From positions 21,734 through 85,733 of the forward strand of contig JACKFC010000015.1 of NCBI GenBank assembly GCA_020632665.1: a stretch of 64,000 bases of DNA, read 5' to 3'. This DNA comes from Deltaproteobacteria bacterium (GTDB lineage Bacteria; Myxococcota_A; UBA9042). Positions 1 to 7,730 of this stretch are shown here, piece after piece (the stretch's first letter is position 1; the number at the start of each line of letters is the position of its first letter). The position numbers were made by a program, and so were the translations under genes. The notes beneath the pieces were generated by a model, which ran no database searches, was not told the origin of the DNA, and saw nothing but the letters and a program-made list of their open reading frames with translations.

Positions 1-2452
1 CGGCGGCGTGGGCCGCGAGGATGGGCGTCAAAGCGTCGGCGTTGCCATCGTTCAGCAGGCCGAGCACGCCGCTGCTCTGCAGCGCGAAGGCGACGGCGCC
101 CTGGCCGAGCTGCCGATCGACGGCCTGGTCGAGCCCACGGTCGAAGCGCGCGAGGACCGCCGAGACAGCAGCCTGCGTCGCGACCGCCATCGGCGCCGCG
201 GCAGCGGCCATGGGGCTATTCGACGCCGGCGTCGCGACGCCCTGCCGCTGGGTATCCTGCGCAGCGCGCTGAATCGCCATGGGCTGGCGCGCCTGCTGCG
301 CCACGCGCTGCTGGCGCTGGGTCGCCTGCGCCGCACGCGGCCCGGTCGGGCGACCTTCGGCGTCGACGGGAACCGGGGCGTCTTCCCCTGGGACGAGCCA
401 CTCGCCAGCGCCGGCGTCGAAGGCCAAGCCACCCTGCATCGGGCTCACGCTGCCGGCGGCGCGGAGGTGCGAGAGCATCTCGTTGCCGGATTCGGCGGCG
501 AAGCCGTCCAAGCCCAGGCTCGGCATCATCGGGGCGGCGAGCGCTCCAGCGATCGAGGTGGGCGAGGTCGACGCGGTCTGCGGCGCTGCGCCGACGCCGG
601 CGAAGAGCCGATCGGTGAGCCGCGTCGCCTGCGCGAGCGTGGCCACGGCGGTGACACCGGGCTGAATCGCTGCGGCGGTCGGCCGGGTGATGGCGGCGGC
701 GGCTGGTAGCGACGCCACGCCCTGCGTGGCCCGAGTCGGTTGGGTCGCGACCGTCTGCAGCGGGGCGCGCTCGGTGAGCCAACGCGGCGTCGCGGCGATC
801 GGGGCGGCAGCGGTCGGAGTGCCCGCGCTGGTACGCGGAGCCTTCCCAGGCGCGGCGTCGGTCGTGGACCGCGTGGCGTCGACCGGAGCCGCGATCTCGA
901 TCTCTTGTGCCAGCGCCAACCACTCGCCGGCGCCGAGCTCGTCACCGAGCGCAGCGACGCGCTCGCGACCGGCGAAACCGAGCGCGGGCTCGGCGGCCTC
1001 GGCGCGGCCTGCGGCGGCGGTATCGTCGAGCCATTGCGACCAGCGGGCGCCGGGCGCCTGCTCGGCCGGCGCACGGAAAGCCGGATGGGCAGCGACGCCA
1101 CGCTCGACGCGGGCGATCAGGGCCGAGGCCGAGGAGACCGCACCCTGCAGCGCGGTCCAGCTCGCCGCGCTGGCCGGGGCCTGCGCGCTCACCGTCGTCG
1201 CGGAACGGGGCGCATCGACCCCGCCGATCGGCGCGGCACCGGCCGGCGTCGTGGGAGCGAGCGTCGTGGCTGCCTCGCGCAAGGCGAGCAGTCCGGAGGT
1301 CTGGCGCTGCGCGGGCGCGGCCGTGGTGCCGGCCGGAGCGGTCGTGGTCAGCGGGCGTGCCGTTTGGCTCGCCAGATCGCGCCGCACCATGCGTGGCGCG
1401 GCCTGCAGGTTGCGGGTCTGCAGGCGAGCCTGCAGCGCGGCCTGGACGACGCGCTGCGACGGAGCGGACGCCGCGATTGCGGCCGGCGTCGCCGTCGCCG
1501 CCGCAGCGGGCGCGGCCATGGTACTGGCGGGAGCGGCCTTCGGCGCAGCGACCCAGCGCTCCTGCTTCGCGTCGAACGCGAGATCGGGCAGGTCGGCGAG
1601 CGGCGCGAGCATGGCCATCTCGGCCTCGCCCTCGGCCAAGCGCAGCGCGCGCGTCGGCATCGCTTCGACCGAGACGTCGCTGACCGAGCCGACCAGGCGC
1701 TGCGCGTCGATGCTGGCCAGCGGTGCCACCCCGTCTTCGCGGAGCAGACGCGCCGAAGCACGCAGGCTCGGACGCGCAGTCAGCGTGACGTCGAAGCTGG
1801 AGAGACCGGGGTCTACAGTCCCCAGGTCCCCAGCGCGATCGGACCTCGCGGCCCCGCTGAGGGCGCCGACGTCTGCAGTCGCGCCGCTCTGCCGGACCGT
1901 CGTGCGCTCGGCGCCTTCGCTGGCCGAGGCGGCGCGGCGGGCCGCGACCTCGGCGGCGCGCTGACGCACCTCGGTGAGGGCCTTGCGGACTGCGGCGAGG
2001 CGACGCGACTGAGCGGGAGCGGCCTTGCGTGGAGCGGTGGCCTGCTTGGATTCGGTGGCCTTGGCTGCAGCAGCGCGGCGGGGCGCGCGACCATCGCTGC
2101 GCAGCGAGCGGGTGGCTTCTTCGAGTGCGGCTTCTTCCTCTTCGAGGACGACCTGAACGAGATCGGCGAGATCGCCGACGGCGAGAGCGCGGACCTCGGC
2201 ACCGAGGCTCTGGGCCAGACGTGGCTCGAGCGCGATCATCGACGCGATCTCGAAGGCTTCGGTGGAGAAGCCGGCGCCGAGTCCGGTGAGGGCGGTGAGC
2301 CCGTCGAGCAGGCCGGTCGCGCCGCTGCCGATGCTCAACGAGCGCTCGGCGTGGGCGGCGATCGGGCTATCTGCCCAACGCGCCAAGACGCCGCGGTGCA
2401 GGCTCAGCACCTCGTCGTTCTGCGTCGCGCTTTGTTCTGTCGTCTCTGCCAC
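1..2452 (-). CDS. Ala/Pro/Thr-rich protein whose 3' end lies beyond the window (>=817 aa). Candidate tape-measure or other structural protein of the contractile-injection-system operon.
   Basis: Absent from the ORF track because there is no stop inside the window. I checked every tca/cta/tta in 1-2452 and none falls in the frame with codons starting at positions = 2 mod 3. The minus frame is therefore open from GTG at 2452 (GGGAGGG about 4 nt upstream) to position 1. Third codon positions are almost all G/C. It lies 44 nt downstream of the tube gene on the same strand. The function is inferred from position only. Confidence 0.6.
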   Translation of the reverse strand, partial: MAETTEQSATQNDEVLSLHRGVLARWADSPIAAHAERSLSIGSGATGLLDGLTALTGLGAGFSTEAFEIASMIALEPRLAQSLGAEVRALAVGDLADLVQVVLEEEEAALEEATRSLRSDGRAPRRAAAAKATESKQATAPRKAAPAQSRRLAAVRKALTEVRQRAAEVAARRAASASEGAERTTVRQSGATADVGALSGAARSDRAGDLGTVDPGLSSFDVTLTARPSLRASARLLREDGVAPLASIDAQRLVGSVSDVSVEAMPTRALRLAEGEAEMAMLAPLADLPDLAFDAKQERWVAAPKAAPASTMAAPAAAATATPAAIAASAPSQRVVQAALQARLQTRNLQAAPRMVRRDLASQTARPLTTTAPAGTTAAPAQRQTSGLLALREAATTLAPTTPAGAAPIGGVDAPRSATTVSAQAPASAASWTALQGAVSSASALIARVERGVAAHPAFRAPAEQAPGARWSQWLDDTAAAGRAEAAEPALGFAGRERVAALGDELGAGEWLALAQEIEIAAPVDATRSTTDAAPGKAPRTSAGTPTAAAPIAATPRWLTERAPLQTVATQPTRATQGVASLPAAAAITRPTAAAIQPGVTAVATLAQATRLTDRLFAGVGAAPQTASTSPTSIAGALAAPMMPSLGLDGFAAESGNEMLSHLRAAGSVSPMQGGLAFDAGAGEWLVPGEDAPVPVDAEGRPTGPRAAQATQRQQRVAQQARQPMAIQRAAQDTQRQGVATPASNSPMAAAAAPMAVATQAAVSAVLARFDRGLDQAVDRQLGQGAVAFALQSSGVLGLLNDGNADALTPILAAHAA

Positions 2453-2495
2453 GGGTCCCTCCCGTTTCGGTTTCGGTTGCGGCCGCTACGGTCCG

Positions 2496-3251
2496 CTACA
2501 TCGCCTTGTAGACGAAGTAGTCGTAGACCATACGGATCTGCTCGAAGCCGACCTGGCTCGACATCGCGTTCAGCGAGAGACCGGAGTACTCGGTGATGAA
2601 CGCGTTGAAGATCTGGTACTCGCCGATCGGCTGGTACTTTCGATTCAGCACGGTGATCGTGATGTTGGAGCGCTTGGCCCCCGCGCCACCGACGAGGCTG
2701 CTGCCGGAGAGCGAGGCCTTCATCATGTCGTAGAACTCGCCGTTGCTGGCGAACCAACCGCGCTTCATGGTCAGCGGCTCGAACTTGCCTGGGCCACGCA
2801 TATTGTAGCTGTGCTCGTTGTTGCCGCCGGAGCGCACCGGGATGGCCTCGGCCTTCCACGACAAGCCACCGATCTCGTTGAACATCGCGTAGGCGATGCT
2901 GCCGATGGTGACCTGGAAGGCGTAGCCGACGTCCGGGTCGCCATCACGCGGCGAGCTGCCGCTCTTGGCCCCGCTGCCGAGGCTGCCGGCTGGCATCCCA
3001 CCGCTCATGCCGATCGTCGCCGTGACCGAGGCGCTGACGCCGCCCTGCGAGACCTTCACCGAGGCCTTCACCGAGGCGTTGAGGCCGCCCATCATCATCG
3101 CGGCGGCAGTCGGCTCGTCGTCGGCCATCGGCACGTCGATCGGCGCTGCTGCCGCGAGGGTGGCGAGGCTGCCCGCCGACTTGGCCGAATCGGCCGCCAC
3201 GAGCTTCTGGTTGCGGCGCCCTGCGGCTGCGCTTGCCTTCTTCGTTGCCAT
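2496..3251 (-). CDS. Contractile-tail tube protein (T4 gp19 / Afp1-like domain) with a ~100-aa low-complexity N-terminal extension
   Basis: The C-terminal ~145 aa (VGYAFQVTIGSIAYAMFNEIGGLSWKAE...YQIFNAFITEYSGLSLNA...VYDYFVY) match the eCIS/phage tube pattern. ATG at 3251 is preceded by GGAGGA. GC3 stays high through the extension. Confidence 0.8.
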   Translation of the reverse strand: MATKKASAAAGRRNQKLVAADSAKSAGSLATLAAAAPIDVPMADDEPTAAAMMMGGLNASVKASVKVSQGGVSASVTATIGMSGGMPAGSLGSGAKSGSSPRDGDPDVGYAFQVTIGSIAYAMFNEIGGLSWKAEAIPVRSGGNNEHSYNMRGPGKFEPLTMKRGWFASNGEFYDMMKASLSGSSLVGGAGAKRSNITITVLNRKYQPIGEYQIFNAFITEYSGLSLNAMSSQVGFEQIRMVYDYFVYKAM

Positions 3252-3283
3252 CTCGTTCCTCCACACGCGCCTGCGGCCGGGGC

Positions 3284-5044
3284 CTAGGCGCCATCCTCAC
3301 GAGCCAGCGCGTCGACCTCTTGGGTGACGCGAAGACCGATGTACTCCGCCGGTCGAAACGGCGAGAGCCAGACGTCGACGTTGACCTGACCACGGTTCTG
3401 CGTGGTCGGGGTGTTGGTCTCGCTGTCGCAGCGGACCAGGAAGGCCTCCTGCTGCGAAGCGCCCTTCAGATAGCCCTGGCGCCAGAGCTGGTCGAGGAAG
3501 AACGACACGTCGCGCGCGATCGTCTGCCACAACCCCTGGTCGTTGTTCTCGAACACCACCCACTGCAGACCGACGTTCAGCGCGCGGGTGATGGCGACGA
3601 TGGTGCGTCGCACGTTGACGAACTGCAGCGGCCCATCGGCAGAAGCCGTGCGGGCACCCCAGACGCGGATACCGCGCTGGGCGAAGACTTGGCTGCAATT
3701 GATTCCTTCGGCGTTCAACATCGCGATGTCTTGCTGCTGCAAGAACAGTTCCAAGTCGACCACACCTTCGAGCTGTTCGTTGGCCGGGGCGCGATAAACA
3801 CCCTGGCTGTGGTCACAGCGGGCGTAGATGCCGGCGACGTGGCCCGAGGGGGGCACCGCCTTGCCCGTGGTGGAATTCGACGGGATCACGTAGGGATAGT
3901 AGAACGCAGCGAAGCTCGTGTTGAAGAGCCGGCGCCACTGCATCGCCCCGCGCGGGTTCTCGCCGGGCGGGATATCCAAGATCGCGAAGCGATCTTTTTT
4001 CTCCTCGCACTGGGTGACGATGGCCGACTGGACGATCTCGACGTCCTTGGGCGACTTGAAGCCGGCCGACTTCTCCAGGCACCAAGCGAGATCGGGCGCG
4101 ACGAGCAGGTCGATCTCCTCGAGATCGGCGATGCCGGCGAGGCCGTAGCGGTGCCCCGGGCCGAGATCCGCGCCGATGAAGTCTTCGGCGGTGACGGTGT
4201 AGAGGCCGTCCGTTCCGCCGTCGAGCCGCGTCGGCGGGCATTCGACGGGGAAGTTCTCTGGGATCGACGTGACCGCGTCGAGGTTGGCGACCTCGATCAA
4301 GCGCGATCGCTTGTTGATGACGCGCTCGGCGAATTGCGGCGACTGCCGGGCGAGGTTCAGGCCGCGGAAGACTTCGCGCTCGCTGTGGGTCTCGACCACG
4401 AGATCGAAGCCGACCGGCTCGACCAGGGTCGGGGCCATCGACTTGAACTCGGTCTCGAGCGGCTCTCGCTCGTTCCACCACAGCGTCCGCCCGTCGACCC
4501 GGGTCAGCACCCGGTAGGCGGCGTGGTCGTCGTCGTAGATCTTGACCAGGGTGCCACGGGCGAAGCCGTAGGTGCTCTTCACCATCACGCTGCTCTCGCC
4601 GGGGTGGCCGTCGACGGTGATGAAGGTCTGCACCTTGGCTTCAGGTCGCTGGATGTGGACGCGGATCGCGTTGCCCCACATGCCCTCGGAGATGGCCTGG
4701 ACGAGCAGGGTGTTGGCGCCGGCGGCGTCGCGCAGGCGAACCGAGGCGCGGGTGGCGATCTCGTTCCGGCCGCGCTCGAAGAGGTGGCAGATGCGGACGA
4801 CGTAGCACTCGCGTCCGCCGTTGAGGAAGAAGCCGTCGACCGCGGTCTCGAGGTAGCCGCCGACGTCGAGGCTACCGAAGCGCGAGCGGAAATCGGCGAT
4901 GCTGGTGACGCGCACCGGCTCGCTGGTCGGACCGCGCTCGGTCAGGCCGAGGAAGCACGGGACGCCGCTCTGCAGCAATCCGAGTGGGGCGGCGCGCGGC
5001 GCGTCGCGCTCGATGAAGACGCCAGGTGGCCGATTCATCACCAT
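3284..5044 (-). CDS. Contractile tail sheath protein, large paralog (586 aa)
   Basis: Sheath motifs: PGVFIE at the N-terminus, GIYARCDHSQGVYRAPAN, GIRVWGARTAS, FVNVRR, WVVFENNDQGLW, EAFLVRCDSETN. AGGAGGAG lies upstream of the ATG at 5044. Confidence 0.9.
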   Translation of the reverse strand: MVMNRPPGVFIERDAPRAAPLGLLQSGVPCFLGLTERGPTSEPVRVTSIADFRSRFGSLDVGGYLETAVDGFFLNGGRECYVVRICHLFERGRNEIATRASVRLRDAAGANTLLVQAISEGMWGNAIRVHIQRPEAKVQTFITVDGHPGESSVMVKSTYGFARGTLVKIYDDDHAAYRVLTRVDGRTLWWNEREPLETEFKSMAPTLVEPVGFDLVVETHSEREVFRGLNLARQSPQFAERVINKRSRLIEVANLDAVTSIPENFPVECPPTRLDGGTDGLYTVTAEDFIGADLGPGHRYGLAGIADLEEIDLLVAPDLAWCLEKSAGFKSPKDVEIVQSAIVTQCEEKKDRFAILDIPPGENPRGAMQWRRLFNTSFAAFYYPYVIPSNSTTGKAVPPSGHVAGIYARCDHSQGVYRAPANEQLEGVVDLELFLQQQDIAMLNAEGINCSQVFAQRGIRVWGARTASADGPLQFVNVRRTIVAITRALNVGLQWVVFENNDQGLWQTIARDVSFFLDQLWRQGYLKGASQQEAFLVRCDSETNTPTTQNRGQVNVDVWLSPFRPAEYIGLRVTQEVDALAREDGA

Positions 5045-5098
5045 GAGGGCAGCTCCTCCTGGGAGTTGGGGAAAGCAAGGGCCGTGCCTGTTGCGTCG

Positions 5099-5260
5099 CT
5101 ACTTCCGGGACTTGTTGATCTCGCTGTTGATCTCCGAGATCTCTTTGACCCACGTCTGGCGCTCGCGGTGTTCCATGACGAGGATCTCGTCGAGCGGCCA
5201 ATGGAAGTGGTAGGCGATGTACGCTACCTCCTGGTACAGGCGGTCCAGGGGGTAGCTCAC
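5099..5260 (-). CDS. Small conserved eCIS-associated protein (DUF6760-like, 53 aa)
   Basis: Sequence SYPLDRLYQEVAYIAYHFHWPLDEILVMEHRERQTW. The GTG at 5260 overlaps the upstream stop as GTGA. The longer track ORF (to 5308) overlaps the preceding gene. Confidence 0.65.
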   Translation of the reverse strand: MSYPLDRLYQEVAYIAYHFHWPLDEILVMEHRERQTWVKEISEINSEINKSRK

Positions 5261-5628
5261 GATTCCCCCTGGCCACCCCCGGTGTCGACCTCGAAGCCGT
5301 GACCGCACTCAGGGCACTTCACCTTCAGCATCGAGGTGCCTTCCTCGTTGATGCGGCGGTAGAAGTCCTGCAGATAGGCGAGATCGACCGAGAACATCCC
5401 CTCGATGACCGACGGGTTGATGCTCTGCAGCGAGCCGAGCTTGGTGATGACGCGCGAGAGCAGGATGATGACGAGGTAGGCGCGGTTGTTCTGCACGCGG
5501 TAGTCCTGCAGCGGCAGGATCTCGTCCTTGGCGGTCGCCAAGCGCATCACGCCCTTTTGGTGGACATTGCCGTCCTTGTCGACGACGCCGCGAGGCAGGG
5601 TGAACTCGAACTCGGTCTTGAAAGCCAT
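5257..5628 (-). CDS. Phage-tail-assembly-chaperone-like protein (gpE/gp41-like) with a C-terminal CPECG zinc-ribbon motif
   Basis: 123 aa. The pattern EFTLPRG...VMRLATAKDEILPL...IILLSRVITKLGSL...VIEGMFSVDLAYLQDFY is typical of tail-assembly chaperones in tail-like clusters. It sits between the two sheath genes. Confidence 0.65.
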   Translation of the reverse strand: MAFKTEFEFTLPRGVVDKDGNVHQKGVMRLATAKDEILPLQDYRVQNNRAYLVIILLSRVITKLGSLQSINPSVIEGMFSVDLAYLQDFYRRINEEGTSMLKVKCPECGHGFEVDTGGGQGES

Positions 5629-5794
5629 GGGGCTCCTTGCGGGCGCGGTCCGGCTCTGGGACCGCTGGGAGTGGGCCGGGTGATCCCCGACTCAAGCGCG
5701 CGGGGCGCCGGACCGACGGCGTGTCGGCCGGCGCCCCGGCAGGTCGCGGGTCCGACGCGCGTCGCCGAGGACGACGCGCGCCGGACGGGTACCA

Positions 5795-6970
5795 CTACTC
5801 GGAGACGTCACCGCCGGCCGGCATCTGGCCGATGCGGAAGATCACGAACTCGGCGGGCTTCACGGGGCACATGCCGATCTCGCAGATCATCTGGCCCGCG
5901 TCGATGACCTCGGGCGGGTTGGTCTCCTCGTCGCACTTGACGTAGAAGGCCTCCTCCGGGGTCTTGCCGAAGAGGGCGCCCTGGCGCCAGAGGCGGAGCA
6001 GGAACGCGCCGATGTCGCGGGTCACGCGCTTCCACAGGCGATGGTCGTTCGGCTCGAAGACCACCCACTGGGTGCCGAGCTCGATCGACTGCTCGACCAT
6101 GTTGAAGAGGCGACGCACGTTGACGTAGCGCCAGCTGGCGTCCGACGAGACCGTGCGGGCACCCCAGACGCGGATGCCGCGGTTCGGGAACTCACGGATG
6201 CAGTTGATGCCCTTCGGGTTGAGCAGGTCCTGCTCGCCGCGGGTGATGTTGTACTTCAGGCCGATGGCGCCACGGACGATCTCGTTCGCGGGGGCCTTGT
6301 GCACGCCGCGCTCACCGTCGCTACGCGCGTAGATGCCGGCCATGTAGCCGCTCGGCGGCATGAAGACGTTGCCCTTGAAGGGGTCGTAGACCTCGACCCA
6401 CGGGAAGTAGTACGCGCCGTACTTGCTGTCGCGGGGCTTCGGGAGCTTGTCCACGCCGCCCTTCTCGATCACCTCGGGGGAGTCGAGAATCGCGAACCGG
6501 TAGCGCATGTTCTCGCAGTGGGTCAGGACGGCGTCCTGGATGACCGGGTCGGTCTGGCCGGGGGCGCAGACGACGTTGACGTCGTCGACATCCTCGAGCG
6601 CCTTCAGGCCGGTGCGGGTGCCCGGGCCGTTGTCGCTGCCCATGTAGAGCGCGGCCTTGCTGGCGGGCTTCTTGCCCTCTTTGTCGCCAGCGGCGGCGCC
6701 TTCCATCGTGCCGACGTTCAGCACGAAGGCGCGCGAGCCACCGTTGTTGAAGAAGCCGTAGACGGCGTGCGCCAGGTACTCGCTGTTCTGGAAATCACCG
6801 AAGTGCTTCGTGAACTGCGACCAGTTGGTGCACAGGATCGGCTCGTTGACCGGACCGACGGCGCACTCTCCAAGGAACGCGACCGTGCTGGTGCCGACCA
6901 TCTCGAGCGGCTTGGTACCGCGGTCGACTTCCTCGACGTAGACGCCTGGTGACAGGTAGGACGTAGCCAT
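5795..6970 (-). CDS. Contractile tail sheath protein, small paralog (391 aa)
   Basis: Motifs PGVYVEEV, GIYARSDGERGVHKAPAN, GIRVWGARTVS, YVNVRR, WVVFEPNDHRLW, EAFYVKCDEETN. Confidence 0.9.
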   Translation of the reverse strand: MATSYLSPGVYVEEVDRGTKPLEMVGTSTVAFLGECAVGPVNEPILCTNWSQFTKHFGDFQNSEYLAHAVYGFFNNGGSRAFVLNVGTMEGAAAGDKEGKKPASKAALYMGSDNGPGTRTGLKALEDVDDVNVVCAPGQTDPVIQDAVLTHCENMRYRFAILDSPEVIEKGGVDKLPKPRDSKYGAYYFPWVEVYDPFKGNVFMPPSGYMAGIYARSDGERGVHKAPANEIVRGAIGLKYNITRGEQDLLNPKGINCIREFPNRGIRVWGARTVSSDASWRYVNVRRLFNMVEQSIELGTQWVVFEPNDHRLWKRVTRDIGAFLLRLWRQGALFGKTPEEAFYVKCDEETNPPEVIDAGQMICEIGMCPVKPAEFVIFRIGQMPAGGDVSE

Positions 6971-7050
6971 GCTCTCTCCCCTTCACTCGTTGTCGCCCGG
7001 TTTGCTGCGCCCTTCCAGGACGCTCCGGACGAGGTTGAAAACCAAGTGCT

Positions 7051-7638
7051 TCAACGCCTGACGGCGAAGTCGCGACCGATGACTCTCCGCACCTCGGTGC
7101 TCCTGCGGTCCGACTCGACGCGGAACCGGATGAAGTAGAACAGCGTCGGGCGCAGCTCTTCGTTCATCGAGCGCCAGAACGACATGGTGTCGTTCGCGTC
7201 GGCTTGCAGGTTCGGGTGGATGTTGATCTGATCGTCCGGGTAGAACGAGTCCCCCTTGAGCTGCGGTCCGGCGAGGACCGTGTTCTCGAGGAAAGTCTTG
7301 ACCACCAGGCCGAGCAGCAGGTTCTCCTCTGCGGGCGAGTTGCCCCAGACCGAGATCGCGAAGTTCGCGTTCAAGTAGACCGGGCCGTCGCGGTAGAACT
7401 CGACGATATTGCCTTCGCGATCGTGGGTCGACACGAGGCCATCGGTCCGCTCACGGTAATTCTGCGCAAAACCAATATGGTAGAGGAAGCAGTTCACCGT
7501 CGGCAGGTTCTTGATGTTGTCCTTCTTCGGCTTTTCGGTGCCCACGCTGACGGTCGTGAAGCCGGACGTCTTGAAGGACTCCTTGAGGAGTTCCTTCACC
7601 GTCTCGCCCAGGTCTCGGATGACCTCGAACTGGCTCAT
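7051..7638 (-). CDS. DUF4255 / Pvc16-Afp16-like tail terminator (cap) protein
   Basis: 195 aa. The pattern LKELLKESF...LPTVNCFLYHIGFAQNYRER...ISVWGNSPAEENLLLGLVVKTF fits the DUF4255 family that marks eCIS loci. It is the first gene of the operon as seen here. Confidence 0.8.
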   Translation of the reverse strand: MSQFEVIRDLGETVKELLKESFKTSGFTTVSVGTEKPKKDNIKNLPTVNCFLYHIGFAQNYRERTDGLVSTHDREGNIVEFYRDGPVYLNANFAISVWGNSPAEENLLLGLVVKTFLENTVLAGPQLKGDSFYPDDQINIHPNLQADANDTMSFWRSMNEELRPTLFYFIRFRVESDRRSTEVRRVIGRDFAVRR

Positions 7639-7730
7639 CGTGCTCCCGCGCGAGGTGGCTCTGACCGCTCGCGTTGCCCCGGCGTGTGGCGTGGCGAGTA
7701 AGGCATAGCGGCGCGCGACGTGTCAACGCG

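Noticed and set aside
687-2596. Plus-strand ORFs 687-1964 and 740-2596, and several minus-strand fragments
   Set aside because: They are superseded by the uninterrupted minus-strand frame 2452-1, which has an RBS, coding-type GC3 and operon context.
7701-7726. Promoter for the injection-system operon (TTGACA on the minus strand at 7726-7721 with TATGCC at 7707-7702)
   Set aside because: The spacer is only 13 nt, so this is not a credible sigma70 geometry. The operon may be read through from the lipoprotein gene or use a non-canonical promoter.
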